In this document: one piece after another, positions 55,789 to 64,000 of the stretch
Layout: every line of letters starts with the position of its first letter
How positions within the stretch are numbered: the first letter of the stretch is position 1
NCBI GenBank assembly: GCA_009780415.1
Contig: WRAC01000004.1
Coordinates: 10,512 to 74,511, forward strand
Direction of reading: 5' to 3'
Origin: Defluviitaleaceae bacterium
GTDB lineage: Bacteria; Bacillota; Clostridia; Lachnospirales; WRAX01
DNA: 64,000 nt
Program-made: the position numbers and the translations under genes
The notes under the pieces: model-generated
What the model was told of the DNA's origin: nothing
The model's database searches: none
What the model saw: only the letters and a program-made list of their open reading frames with translations

Positions 55789-56295
55789 CTACATTAAACC
55801 CGGCAACAGCTTTACCGTCATGCGCTTGTCCGGCACGTTAACTTTTAATATGCACTGTTTTATGGCGGGAATCAAAAGCTCCCCACCTTCGCTTAAAGCC
55901 ACGGTATAAACGTCGTTCGCCCCGGTTTGAAGCACTTTTGTCAAAACGCCCAATTCACGCCCATCATCATCGACAACGCTCATGTCCAGCAGGTCACGGT
56001 GGTAATACTGGCCTTCCTCAAGGGGCAAAGCAAGCTCGGGGGGTATTTTCAGCACTGTTCCGCGCAAGGCTTGCGCCGCTGCTGCGTCTTCTACCCCCGT
56101 AAACTTAATTATCACCAGATTTTTATGAAAGCGCAGGCGCTCAATGGCATAGCACATCGGCCCGGCATCCGAATCAGCGTATAATTCACGCAAAAGCCTG
56201 AACCGTTCCGGTTCGTCGGTGGTCGGAAATACCTTGACCTCGCCTTTAAGCCCGAACGCCCCGGTTACTGCGCCCACCTCAAAGTACGCGTTCAT
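55789..56295 (-). CDS. rimM: 16S rRNA processing protein RimM
   Basis: 168 aa. ..GAVTGAFGLKGEVKVFPTTD.. with a PRC barrel at the C-terminus. Confidence 0.9.
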   Translation of the reverse strand: MNAYFEVGAVTGAFGLKGEVKVFPTTDEPERFRLLRELYADSDAGPMCYAIERLRFHKNLVIIKFTGVEDAAAAQALRGTVLKIPPELALPLEEGQYYHRDLLDMSVVDDDGRELGVLTKVLQTGANDVYTVALSEGGELLIPAIKQCILKVNVPDKRMTVKLLPGLM

Positions 56296-56528
56296 TGCCG
56301 TCCGCCGATCTCCACCGTTACACGCACATTTTTATGGATAGCCGCCGCTTTTATCAGAGAACGGATAGACTTCGCTATGCGCCCCTGTTTGCCGATAACC
56401 TTGCCCATGTCCTCTTCCGCAACGTTCAGCAGCAGAACAGTACCCGACTCGGTCTGGCTTTCGGTAACCTTTACATTGTCCGGCTTGTCAACCAATTCCT
56501 TCGCGATAACCTCTAATAATTCCTTCAT
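56292..56528 (-). CDS. KH-domain RNA-binding protein (YlqC-like)
   Basis: 78 aa. ..MGKVIGKQGRIAKSIR... Confidence 0.85.
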   Translation of the reverse strand: MKELLEVIAKELVDKPDNVKVTESQTESGTVLLLNVAEEDMGKVIGKQGRIAKSIRSLIKAAAIHKNVRVTVEIGGRQ

Positions 56529-56537
56529 GCCCGCACC

Positions 56538-56783
56538 TTAATCCAAAGCGCCTTGCTTTTTAAGAAGGGCTCGGACGGTATCCGTCGGCTGGGCGCCGTT
56601 TTTAAGCCAGCGTTTCGCGGACTCAACGTCCAGCTTAACGTCGGCGGGGTTTTTGATGGGGTCGTAGTAGCCCAGTTCCTCAAGGACGGTGCCGTCTCTG
56701 GGAGTGCGGGAATCCGCGACCACGATACGGTAAAACGGGTTTTTCTTCGCGCCCATGCGCTTCAGCCTGATTTTTACTGCCAT
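56538..56783 (-). CDS. rpsP: 30S ribosomal protein S16
   Basis: 81 aa. [26 protein letters not shown]. Confidence 0.95.
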   Translation of the reverse strand: MAVKIRLKRMGAKKNPFYRIVVADSRTPRDGTVLEELGYYDPIKNPADVKLDVESAKRWLKNGAQPTDTVRALLKKQGALD

Positions 56784-56853
56784 GTTGCATTCCTCCGTGT
56801 TGTGTGTTATATATTTTAGACCTTGGGGCAGGGCCCCACGGTTTTATCACCGC

Positions 56854-58194
56854 TTAAAACGGCAAATTAAACTTCCCCTTCTTACCCTTGCCGAATTTCG
56901 GCCCGTCGGTAAACTGCTTCATCATCTTTTTCATGTTATCAAAATTTTTAAGGAGCTGGTTGATTTCCTGCACCGTGCGCCCGCTGCCGGCCGCTATGCG
57001 CCGCTTGCGCGAGGCGTTCAGTATATCGGGGTCGCGGCGCTCCTTAGGGGTCATGGAGCGTATGATGGCCTCTATGCCGCCCATGCTCTTGTCGTTTACG
57101 TCAACGTCGCCGATGTTCATCTGGTTCATCCCGGGTATCATGCCAAGTATATTCTTGAGCGGCCCCATTTTTTTAAGCTGCTGTATCTGGCTTAAAAAAT
57201 CTTCCAGGTCAAACTCGTTTTTTCGCAGCTTCTTTTCAAGCAAAACCGCTTCTTCCTCGTCGATTACGCTCTGAGCCTTTTCAATCAGCGTAAGCACGTC
57301 GCCCATGCCAAGGATACGGTTCGCCATCCTGTCCGGGTAAAACGGCTCCAGCTCGTCCATCTTTTCGCCCATACCCACGTATTTGATGGGCTTGCCGGTG
57401 ATTTTGCGCACGGAAAGCACCGCGCCGCCACGGGTGTCCGAGTCCAGCTTCGTGACGATTACGCCGTCGATGCCCACCTTTTCCGAAAAGCTCTCGGCGA
57501 CGTTAACGGCATCCTGACCGGTCATGGCGTCAACAACAAGTAAAATCTCCTGCGGGCGTACGGCGGCCTTTATGTTGATCAGCTCGTTCATCAATTCGTC
57601 GTCAATGTGCAGGCGCCCCGCGGTGTCAATAATCACCACGTCGTTGCCCATATGCTCGGCGTGGGCTAAACCGGCTTTCGCTATATCCACGGGGTTCTTG
57701 TCCGTACCCTGCTCAAAGACGGGGACACCGTACCCCGCGCCGACGACTTGAAGCTGCTTCACCGCCGCGGGCCTGTATATATCGCATGCCACAAGGAGCG
57801 GCTTTTTGCCCTGTTTACGCAGCTGCCCCGCTATTTTCCCGCCGGTGGTGGTCTTACCCGCGCCCTGTAAGCCCGCAAGCATATAAACCGTGGGCGGCTT
57901 TGACGAAAACGTCAGCTTCGCGTTTGTGCCGCCCATAAGGGCGACCAGTTCCTCGTTAACAAGTTTTATAACATGCTGCCCGGGCGTCAGGCTCTTCATA
58001 ACCTCCTCGCCCACGGCTTTGGCGGACACATTGTTTACGAATTCCTTAACGATCTTAAAACTGACGTCCGCCTCCAGCAAAGCCAGCCGTACATGGCGCA
58101 TGGCCTCGGCAACGTCCTTTTCCGTCAGTTTCCCCATTCCCCTAAGCTTTTTGAACACTTCGGACAGTTTACCGGACAAGCCGTCAAACGCCAT
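56854..58194 (-). CDS. ffh: signal recognition particle protein Ffh
   Basis: 446 aa. GLQGAGKTTT and DTAGR motifs, with a Met-rich M domain. Confidence 0.95.
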   Translation of the reverse strand: MAFDGLSGKLSEVFKKLRGMGKLTEKDVAEAMRHVRLALLEADVSFKIVKEFVNNVSAKAVGEEVMKSLTPGQHVIKLVNEELVALMGGTNAKLTFSSKPPTVYMLAGLQGAGKTTTGGKIAGQLRKQGKKPLLVACDIYRPAAVKQLQVVGAGYGVPVFEQGTDKNPVDIAKAGLAHAEHMGNDVVIIDTAGRLHIDDELMNELINIKAAVRPQEILLVVDAMTGQDAVNVAESFSEKVGIDGVIVTKLDSDTRGGAVLSVRKITGKPIKYVGMGEKMDELEPFYPDRMANRILGMGDVLTLIEKAQSVIDEEEAVLLEKKLRKNEFDLEDFLSQIQQLKKMGPLKNILGMIPGMNQMNIGDVDVNDKSMGGIEAIIRSMTPKERRDPDILNASRKRRIAAGSGRTVQEINQLLKNFDNMKKMMKQFTDGPKFGKGKKGKFNLPF

Positions 58195-58415
58195 GAAATC
58201 ACCTCATCACTACTAATTTTGAATAAATAACAATGCCCGGTAAAGATATTAGTATAATGCAGAAAATGCTTATATTAGGTACGCCGTTACCATGAAACAG
58301 CTTTAACTACTTGTTCATGCGTTTTTTCTTTAATTTGTTTTTCTTGTTCTGGTGTTAGTTCTGCTTGCATTATTTTCTTCCTCTATCCTGTCTAAAATTC
58401 GGACATTTGCTTTAC

Positions 58416-58550
58416 TTATAAGCTTTCTATTAATTGTTCCTTAATAATAAATTGGATAAATTCCGAGGGTGATAATGACATTGCCTGAGCTTTCATATTA
58501 ACAATGCGCGCATACTCAGGGGGTAATAGCTTTGTTATAAGCGTTATAAA
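58416..58550 (-). pseudogene. remnant of a ribbon-helix-helix (CopG/antitoxin-like) gene
   Basis: An open frame reads ..LLPPEYARIVNMKAQAMSLSPSEFIQFIIKEQLIESL*. Its only ATG (58496) leaves 26 aa, and no start codon exists for the N-terminal beta-strand part. It lies in an AT-rich insert. Confidence 0.35.
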
Positions 58551-58584
58551 TTATCTGCATATAAATATCGCTTTCCGGTAAAAT

Positions 58585-59175
58585 CTAGGAAATACAATCC
58601 CCAATATTGATATCAAAAGGCAGAACAAGCAGTTTCATGATTTCTTTCGAATAATTGGCGAAAAACCACTCATTGGCTTTCCCGTAGCTTTCTTTTCCGT
58701 CAAACTCCCAATACGAATAATACTTCACGCATTTTACGGCCTTCGTCAGCTCCCGGGGCGGGCTTCCCGGTTCAACCCCGTCAATTGCGTAAAACCGCTT
58801 CATGTACCTTATATTTACGGCTCCGGGCTGCTTTAGCTGCCCCTCCGCCGCCTTTGCCGCCAAATCCTCAAACTCCTCAAGCTTATCCGGCTTTACTTGA
58901 AACAGCTTGATTTCCGCAAACACAGCCCTGTTCCTTTCGGTTGCGGCATGAAAAGCCATATACCCGACCTTTTTTTCGCAATTCAACAGCTTTTTTTTAA
59001 CCCGCGTTATTATATCAAAAACCGCTTGACGGCTTGTTTCCTGAATTTCTGAAATCTCACCCAGACTGAGGTTATCCATATAATACATCTCAAACAGCGT
59101 ACGCTGCTTTTCCGTCAGCAGCCCGCCGTAAAAATCATATAACATAACAATCTCAATATGATCGTCCATATACAT
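58585..59175 (-). CDS. ylxM: YlxM-like putative DNA-binding protein (UPF0122) with extra ~90-aa C-terminal domain
   Basis: 196 aa. The N-terminal ~105 aa are ..LYDFYGGLLTEKQRTLFEMYYMDNLSLGEISE... The C-terminal part (..EIKLFQVKPDKLEEFEDLA..) looks like an alpha+beta (ABM-like) fold. Confidence 0.7.
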   Translation of the reverse strand: MYMDDHIEIVMLYDFYGGLLTEKQRTLFEMYYMDNLSLGEISEIQETSRQAVFDIITRVKKKLLNCEKKVGYMAFHAATERNRAVFAEIKLFQVKPDKLEEFEDLAAKAAEGQLKQPGAVNIRYMKRFYAIDGVEPGSPPRELTKAVKCVKYYSYWEFDGKESYGKANEWFFANYSKEIMKLLVLPFDINIGDCIS

Positions 59176-59239
59176 ACCCTTACCGCTGTAAAATATTTTT
59201 ACTTGTCGGGCTTTGCTATTTTACTATAATCTTAATCTG

Positions 59240-59268
59240 TTGTCAAATATTATTTTTTTTGGTATACT
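59240..59268 (+). promoter_or_regulatory. sigma-A type promoter of lepA
   Basis: -35 TTGTCA (59240-59245), 17-nt spacer, -10 TATACT (59263-59268). Confidence 0.5.
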
Positions 59269-59285
59269 ATAGAATGCTTAATTGA

Positions 59286-61109
59286 ATGGAGGCATATATG
59301 ATTAACAGACAGAATTCAATCCGCAATTTCAGCATTATAGCGCATATAGACCACGGCAAGTCCACCCTTGCGGACAGGCTGATCCAGCGTTCGGGGCTTT
59401 TGACAAAACGTGAGATGCAGAATCAGGTTCTTGATAATATGGATTTGGAACGCGAACGCGGCATAACCATCAAGGCCCAGAGCGTCCGGCTTGTCTACCG
59501 GGCGAAAGACGGGCAGGAATATATTTTGAACCTTATAGACACGCCGGGCCATATAGACTTTAACTACGAGGTTTCGCGCAGCCTTGCGGCCTGCGAGGGC
59601 GCGGTGCTTGTGGTGGACGCGGCACAGGGCGTTGAGGCTCAGACCCTTGCCAACGTTTATCTCGCAATTGACGGCAATCTGGAGGTCATCCCGGTTATAA
59701 ACAAGATCGACCTCGTAGCCGCCGACCCCGAACGCGTAATCAAGGAAATCGAGGACGTAATCGGCCTGCCCGCCGACGGCTGCCCTTTAATTTCCGCCAA
59801 AAACGACATCGGCATAGACGATGTGTTCGAGCAAGTCGTTTCACGCATACCGCCGCCGTCGGGCGACCCCGAAAAGCCCCTGCGCGCGCTTATATTCGAC
59901 AGCCTGTTCGATCCGTATAAAGGCGTAATCGTATTCCTGCGCGTTGTGGACGGCTCGTTCAAAAAAGGCGACCGCGTGCGGTTTATGGCTACGGAAAAGG
60001 ATTTTGACGTGACGGACGTTGGCTTCTTCGGCCCGGGACGGTTTATATCTTCCGGCGGGCTGCAAGCCGGCGAGGTGGGTTATTTATGCGGCAGTATAAA
60101 AAACGTGGCGGACACGCAGATAGGCGATACGGTTACACTGGCCGATAATCCTACGGATCAGCGGTTCCCCGGTTTTAAGGCCGCCGCGCCCATGGTATTT
60201 TGCGGCGTTTTCCCCGCCGACCGCTCCAAATACCCGGATTTACGCGACGCGCTGGAAAAAATGCAGTTGAACGACGCCGCGCTGTTCTTTGAGCCGGAGG
60301 TGTCCATCGCGCTGGGTTTTGGTTACCGCTGCGGTTTTCTGGGCCTTCTGCACTTGGAAATCATCACCGAACGCCTGGAGCGGGAATTCGGCCTTGAGCT
60401 GATATCCACCGCGCCCAGCGTTATATATAAGATCTATAAAACCGACGGTTCGATGGTTGAGCTGTCCAATCCCGCGAATTATCCCGAGGTAACGTCCATA
60501 CTGAAAACCGAGGAACCCGTAGTAAAGGCCGAAATCCTGCTGCCAACCGAATATGTCGGGCCGATAATGGAGCTGTGCCAGAACAGGCGCGGCGAGTATT
60601 TGGGCATCGAGTACCTTGAAGCCACACGCGCCAAGCTTTTCTACGAGCTGCCCCTGAACGAGATTATTTACGATTTCTTCGACGCGCTGAAATCCCGCAG
60701 CCGCGGTTATGCTTCTTTTGACTACGAGCTGTCCCACTACAAGGAATCCCCGCTTGTAAAGCTGGATATCCTGTTGAACCACGATATGCTTGACGCCCTC
60801 AGCTTCATTGTCTTTTCCGGCAGCGCGCAGGAACGCGGGCGCAAAATGGTGGAGAAACTGAAGAAGGAAATACCGCGCCACATGTTTGAAATACCGATAC
60901 AGGCCGCCATCGGCTCAAAGATTGTCGCCCGCGAAACAATCAGCGCATTGCGCAAGGACGTTCTGGCAAAATGCTACGGCGGCGACATAACCCGCAAGAA
61001 AAAGCTGCTGGAAAAGCAAAAAGAGGGCAAGAAGAAGATGCGCTCCATTGGCAGCGTGGAGCTTCCGCAGTCCGCGTTTTTGAGCGTGTTGAAATTGGAT
61101 GAGGAGTGA
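59286..61109 (+). CDS. lepA: translation elongation factor 4 (LepA)
   Basis: 607 aa. [20 protein letters not shown] and NKID motifs. The start may instead be Met5 at 59298. Confidence 0.95.
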   Translation: MEAYMINRQNSIRNFSIIAHIDHGKSTLADRLIQRSGLLTKREMQNQVLDNMDLERERGITIKAQSVRLVYRAKDGQEYILNLIDTPGHIDFNYEVSRSLAACEGAVLVVDAAQGVEAQTLANVYLAIDGNLEVIPVINKIDLVAADPERVIKEIEDVIGLPADGCPLISAKNDIGIDDVFEQVVSRIPPPSGDPEKPLRALIFDSLFDPYKGVIVFLRVVDGSFKKGDRVRFMATEKDFDVTDVGFFGPGRFISSGGLQAGEVGYLCGSIKNVADTQIGDTVTLADNPTDQRFPGFKAAAPMVFCGVFPADRSKYPDLRDALEKMQLNDAALFFEPEVSIALGFGYRCGFLGLLHLEIITERLEREFGLELISTAPSVIYKIYKTDGSMVELSNPANYPEVTSILKTEEPVVKAEILLPTEYVGPIMELCQNRRGEYLGIEYLEATRAKLFYELPLNEIIYDFFDALKSRSRGYASFDYELSHYKESPLVKLDILLNHDMLDALSFIVFSGSAQERGRKMVEKLKKEIPRHMFEIPIQAAIGSKIVARETISALRKDVLAKCYGGDITRKKKLLEKQKEGKKKMRSIGSVELPQSAFLSVLKLDEE

Positions 61110-61722
61110 TTTTTTGGCAATTCTTAAAAAAATACTGGAATACATTAAAAAAATCCAATACAACTCCCCGGTGATCCTGACATACGCCTTGGTTTCGCTT
61201 GCCGTCCTTGGCATATCGGCCTTGACGGACGGGCAGTCCAACCTGCTGCTGTTCAGCGTTTACCGCGCTTCTTGGAGCGATCCCCTGGCGTATATCAGGG
61301 TTATCACCTACGCTCTGGGGCATATGCACATCCAGCATTACTTTAACAATTTCCTGCTGATACTCCTTGTCGGGCCGCTGCTTGAGGAACGTTACGGCAG
61401 TAAAAAGCTGCTGATAATGATAGGCGCGACATCGCTGATAACGGGCATCGCGTTTTTATTAATCGGCCCATCAAACACCGCCGGGCTGGGAGCCAGCGGC
61501 GTGGCCTTTATGCTGATACTCCTCGCGTCGGTAACAAACGCCGCGAAAGGGCGGCTGCCGCTGACCCTGTTGTTTGCGCTGGCCGTGTATGTCGGCGCGG
61601 AAGTATTCAATGAGGTGAGGCCCAACGAAACAGGTATTTCGCATGTTTCGCATATTATAGGCGGTTTGTGCGGAGCAGCGTTCGGGTTGTTTTTGGGAAA
61701 AGAACGGGATAAAAAATCATGA
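61099..61722 (+). CDS. rhomboid family intramembrane serine protease
   Basis: 207 aa. GASGVAF (catalytic Ser) and [12 protein letters not shown] (catalytic His). A TTG start at 61114 after GAGGAG is an alternative. Confidence 0.8.
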   Translation: MRSDFLAILKKILEYIKKIQYNSPVILTYALVSLAVLGISALTDGQSNLLLFSVYRASWSDPLAYIRVITYALGHMHIQHYFNNFLLILLVGPLLEERYGSKKLLIMIGATSLITGIAFLLIGPSNTAGLGASGVAFMLILLASVTNAAKGRLPLTLLFALAVYVGAEVFNEVRPNETGISHVSHIIGGLCGAAFGLFLGKERDKKS

Positions 61723-62189
61723 CGGTGGAAGGCGTAATTACCGGGTTTCTGAAAAACGGCGATAATTACTTGCTAATGAAAAGGGCGGATAACCGTCGGT
61801 TTTATCCCGGCATGTGGTCGGGCATAGGCGGGCATATGGAAGAAAGTGAGATGAACGCGCCCGAACGCGCCTGCCTGCGCGAGATTTTTGAAGAAACAGG
61901 CATAGCCGCCGGCAGCATAGACGGTTTAAAACTGCGTTACATCCATGTTGCCCCCCGGGATACCTATATTGTCATCCACTACATTTTCTTCGGTGATACA
62001 ACGGAATCAAATCTTATCCAAACCGACGAGGGCGAAACCCTGTGGGTGCCTGAACGCGAGGTTCCGGGAAAGGATTACACCCCTGTCATGCGCCGTCTTG
62101 TGGAGCATTATTTTACATACGCAAAGGATAACGGCACGCTTTTTTTATTTAACGAAAGTGATATGTCAATAACCCCGTTAATGGAATAA
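61719..62189 (+). CDS. NUDIX hydrolase
   Basis: 156 aa. Nudix box GGHMEESEMNAPERACLREIFEETGI. ATGA overlap with the rhomboid gene. Confidence 0.85.
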   Translation: MTVEGVITGFLKNGDNYLLMKRADNRRFYPGMWSGIGGHMEESEMNAPERACLREIFEETGIAAGSIDGLKLRYIHVAPRDTYIVIHYIFFGDTTESNLIQTDEGETLWVPEREVPGKDYTPVMRRLVEHYFTYAKDNGTLFLFNESDMSITPLME

Positions 62190-62190
62190 T

Positions 62191-62748
62191 ATGAAAAAAA
62201 CTATTTTGAGCATGCTGTTTCTGATAGCCGTTGATCAAGGGATAAAATTGATTATCGCAGGCTCTTTTATGGACGCGGACGCGGTTATAATTCAAAACTT
62301 CCTGCGGTTCAAGCCGGTTCAAAACACCTATTTGTCATGGATAAACTCAATGCGGGGCGTTACGCCGCCCGTTTATGTTATGGTAATCTCGAATCTTACG
62401 GCCATGGCGGTGACATTAATTTGCTTCAGGTATCTTTTCTTTTCCTATGCCGGCCTTGGCTTGCACAAGCTGTTTACCGCATCCTTTCCGATAGTGGTTT
62501 CCGGTATTGTCTGCGCTTTTATAGATGTTGTGTACTGGGGCGGCAGCATAGATTATATATGTCTGTTCAATTGGTTTACCTTCGATTTAAAAGACTGCTA
62601 CATGACGGTAACAATGACGGCGGTGCTGATAATTATCCTCATCCATACGCCGCGCTGGTATAGGCTTTCCAAAGAAGAACGCAGGCGCCGCGGTTTTATA
62701 AGCTGGGCCAGACTGGGATTCCCTGTTTCATTGCCAAAAGATTTTTAG
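62191..62748 (+). CDS. divergent signal peptidase II (LspA)-like membrane protein
   Basis: 185 aa. AVDQGIKLII, ..AFIDVVYWGGSIDY.. and ..FTFDLKDC.. align by eye with LspA blocks and retain both Asp positions. The N-x-G-A-A-F/W block is degenerate (NTYLSW). Confidence 0.5.
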   Translation: MKKTILSMLFLIAVDQGIKLIIAGSFMDADAVIIQNFLRFKPVQNTYLSWINSMRGVTPPVYVMVISNLTAMAVTLICFRYLFFSYAGLGLHKLFTASFPIVVSGIVCAFIDVVYWGGSIDYICLFNWFTFDLKDCYMTVTMTAVLIIILIHTPRWYRLSKEERRRRGFISWARLGFPVSLPKDF

Positions 62749-62844
62749 TAAAATCAACCAAATCCCCCGCATTATTTTACTTGCATTTCCTCCGATAATA
62801 TAATATACTAAATAATGGATTAGTTTCCGTAAGGAGGTGTCATT

Positions 62845-64000
62845 ATGATCAGTAATATTAATTCCGGGCTGGGAGCCGGCTTTTTTTCGCAAGGGATAGG
62901 CGGTTCCGGCAGGTTCAGCCCTAATACGATGATGGGTATAGGCGGCGGAAGCAGCCCTTGGTATATGATGCCAAGCTTAGGTATAAACACGTCGCAGACG
63001 CTTCCGAAAACCCGCGAGTATGTAAGCGGCATTAAACAAATGTCCAACCAGCTGCTGAAAGCCGCCAACGAAATGGCTTCGGGCCATATGTCGAAATTAA
63101 ACCAGGTTTTGGGTTCTTCCAGTAACAATAATGTGGTCGGCAAGGTTGAGGCCAGGCCTACGGCGAACGCAAACAAACCTATAGATTTGAACGTAGCGCA
63201 AACCGCGTCGGGGCAGGTTAATACGGGTAACAGCGTAAGCTCCGAAGGGAATGATTTGTCCGTCGGCATGAATTCCATCAGAATCGAGAGCGGCGGCAGA
63301 ATGTTCGCGGTAAACGTGAATGTAACGGCGTCAGACGATAACGAGTCCGCGGTGAACAAGATAGCGGATGCCATCAACAGGAGCGGCGCGGGGCTTAACG
63401 CCGCCGTTACCACTAACGAAAAAACAGGTGAAAGCTCAATCACAATTGAAAGCAGGAATACGGGCGCGGGCCGCGGCTTTACCATTTCGGATGTTTCGGG
63501 CAATGCCGTTTCCGCCCTGGGCCTTGATAACGTAACAACCCAGGCGCGCAACGCTATTTATAGCGTTAACGGCGGCGTAAACCGTGAATCCGCCACAAAC
63601 AGCGTGTTCCTTGGGAACGGCGTGAACGCGGAGCTGGAGGGAACGGGCCAAACCAGAATTACCGCCAAGGCCGATACCGGAGCCGCTCTTGACGCGGTTA
63701 AAGACATGTTGAAATCTTACAACGATCTGCTTAGGACAGCCCGTTCTTTCGATTCCACTGGTTCGGACAGGATTTCCGAAAGGCTGACCGGAGCGGCGCG
63801 AATGTTCTCAGCCAGCTTAAATTCCGTAGGCATCAGCGCGGACAGGAACGGTTTCCTTACGCTGGATGAAACAAGGGCTTCGAGAGCCGTTGAAAGCGGG
63901 GCAATGCAGCACACCATGCGGCCCGGCGGCGGGTTTATGAGCTCGGTAAGCCAAACGGCCCGCGCGGTAGATTCAAACCCCAACCAATTCATAGGCTGGC
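62845..64000 (+). CDS. FliD-like protein, paralog 2 (3'-truncated by window edge)
   Basis: This gene is not in the ORF track because it has no stop in the window. ATG 62845 follows AGGAGG with an 8-nt spacer. My translation stays open to base 64000: MISNINSGLGAGFF..NVAQTASGQVNTG..AIYSVNGGVNRESATNSVFLGNGVNAELEG..LKSYNDLLRTA..GISADRNGFLTLDETRA... It runs parallel to the 33029-34285 protein. Confidence 0.65.
   Translation, partial: MISNINSGLGAGFFSQGIGGSGRFSPNTMMGIGGGSSPWYMMPSLGINTSQTLPKTREYVSGIKQMSNQLLKAANEMASGHMSKLNQVLGSSSNNNVVGKVEARPTANANKPIDLNVAQTASGQVNTGNSVSSEGNDLSVGMNSIRIESGGRMFAVNVNVTASDDNESAVNKIADAINRSGAGLNAAVTTNEKTGESSITIESRNTGAGRGFTISDVSGNAVSALGLDNVTTQARNAIYSVNGGVNRESATNSVFLGNGVNAELEGTGQTRITAKADTGAALDAVKDMLKSYNDLLRTARSFDSTGSDRISERLTGAARMFSASLNSVGISADRNGFLTLDETRASRAVESGAMQHTMRPGGGFMSSVSQTARAVDSNPNQFIGW

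Noticed and set aside
62820-63992. Minus-strand ORFs 62820..63551, 63436..63651 and 63717..63992.
   Set aside because: They are antisense to a plus-strand frame that has a strong RBS, stays open to the window end, and parallels the FliD-like protein at 33029-34285.

Overview
This 64 kb window looks like a chromosomal segment from a Clostridia-class Firmicute. That inference rests on gene content: ylxM-ffh-rpsP-KH-rimM-trmD, RNase J, IreB-RuvX, ScpAB, MltG, DegV and tandem M42 peptidases. All calls come from reading the ORF translations and the DNA by eye; no searches or folding programs were run. About 60 CDS, three tRNAs (Thr-Glu-Cys) and one decayed pseudogene are supported. I saw no CRISPR array, rRNA, transposase or integrase.

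Layout:
- 0-10.4 kb: sugar and peptide metabolism, then mnmA and maf.
- 10.5-10.8 kb: tRNA cluster.
- 10.9-17.3 kb: DUF456 protein, MarR-flavodoxin pair and a giant orphan hybrid histidine kinase.
- 17.3-27.6 kb: a glycerol/redox block (glycerol-3-phosphate dehydrogenase-like trio, glpK, pntAB, isomerase, oxidoreductase). It is bracketed by two near-identical copies of a ~120-nt long-hairpin repeat lying exactly 10,200 bp apart.
- 27.7-32.2 kb: a BMP-family lipoprotein translationally coupled to a SiaABCD-like module (HAMP-PP2C phosphatase, small kinase, DUF1987 partner-switch protein, GGDEF cyclase).
- 32.2-35.9 kb: a decayed URO-D pseudogene, a FliD-like protein, a deacetylase and an isomerase.
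- 36-42.3 kb: a visibly AT-richer envelope cluster (YwaF-like, MacB-like ABC, DUF308, cardiolipin synthase, TVP38).
- 42.6-62.7 kb: housekeeping genes carrying several unusual domain fusions.
- 62.8 kb to the window end: a second FliD-like paralog that the ORF track misses.

The most interesting candidates are:
1. The lipoprotein-headed Sia-like c-di-GMP module.
2. The shared hairpin element sitting in the 5' leaders of two sensory operons.
3. A 15-bp perfect inverted repeat bracketing a small Cys-rich gene.
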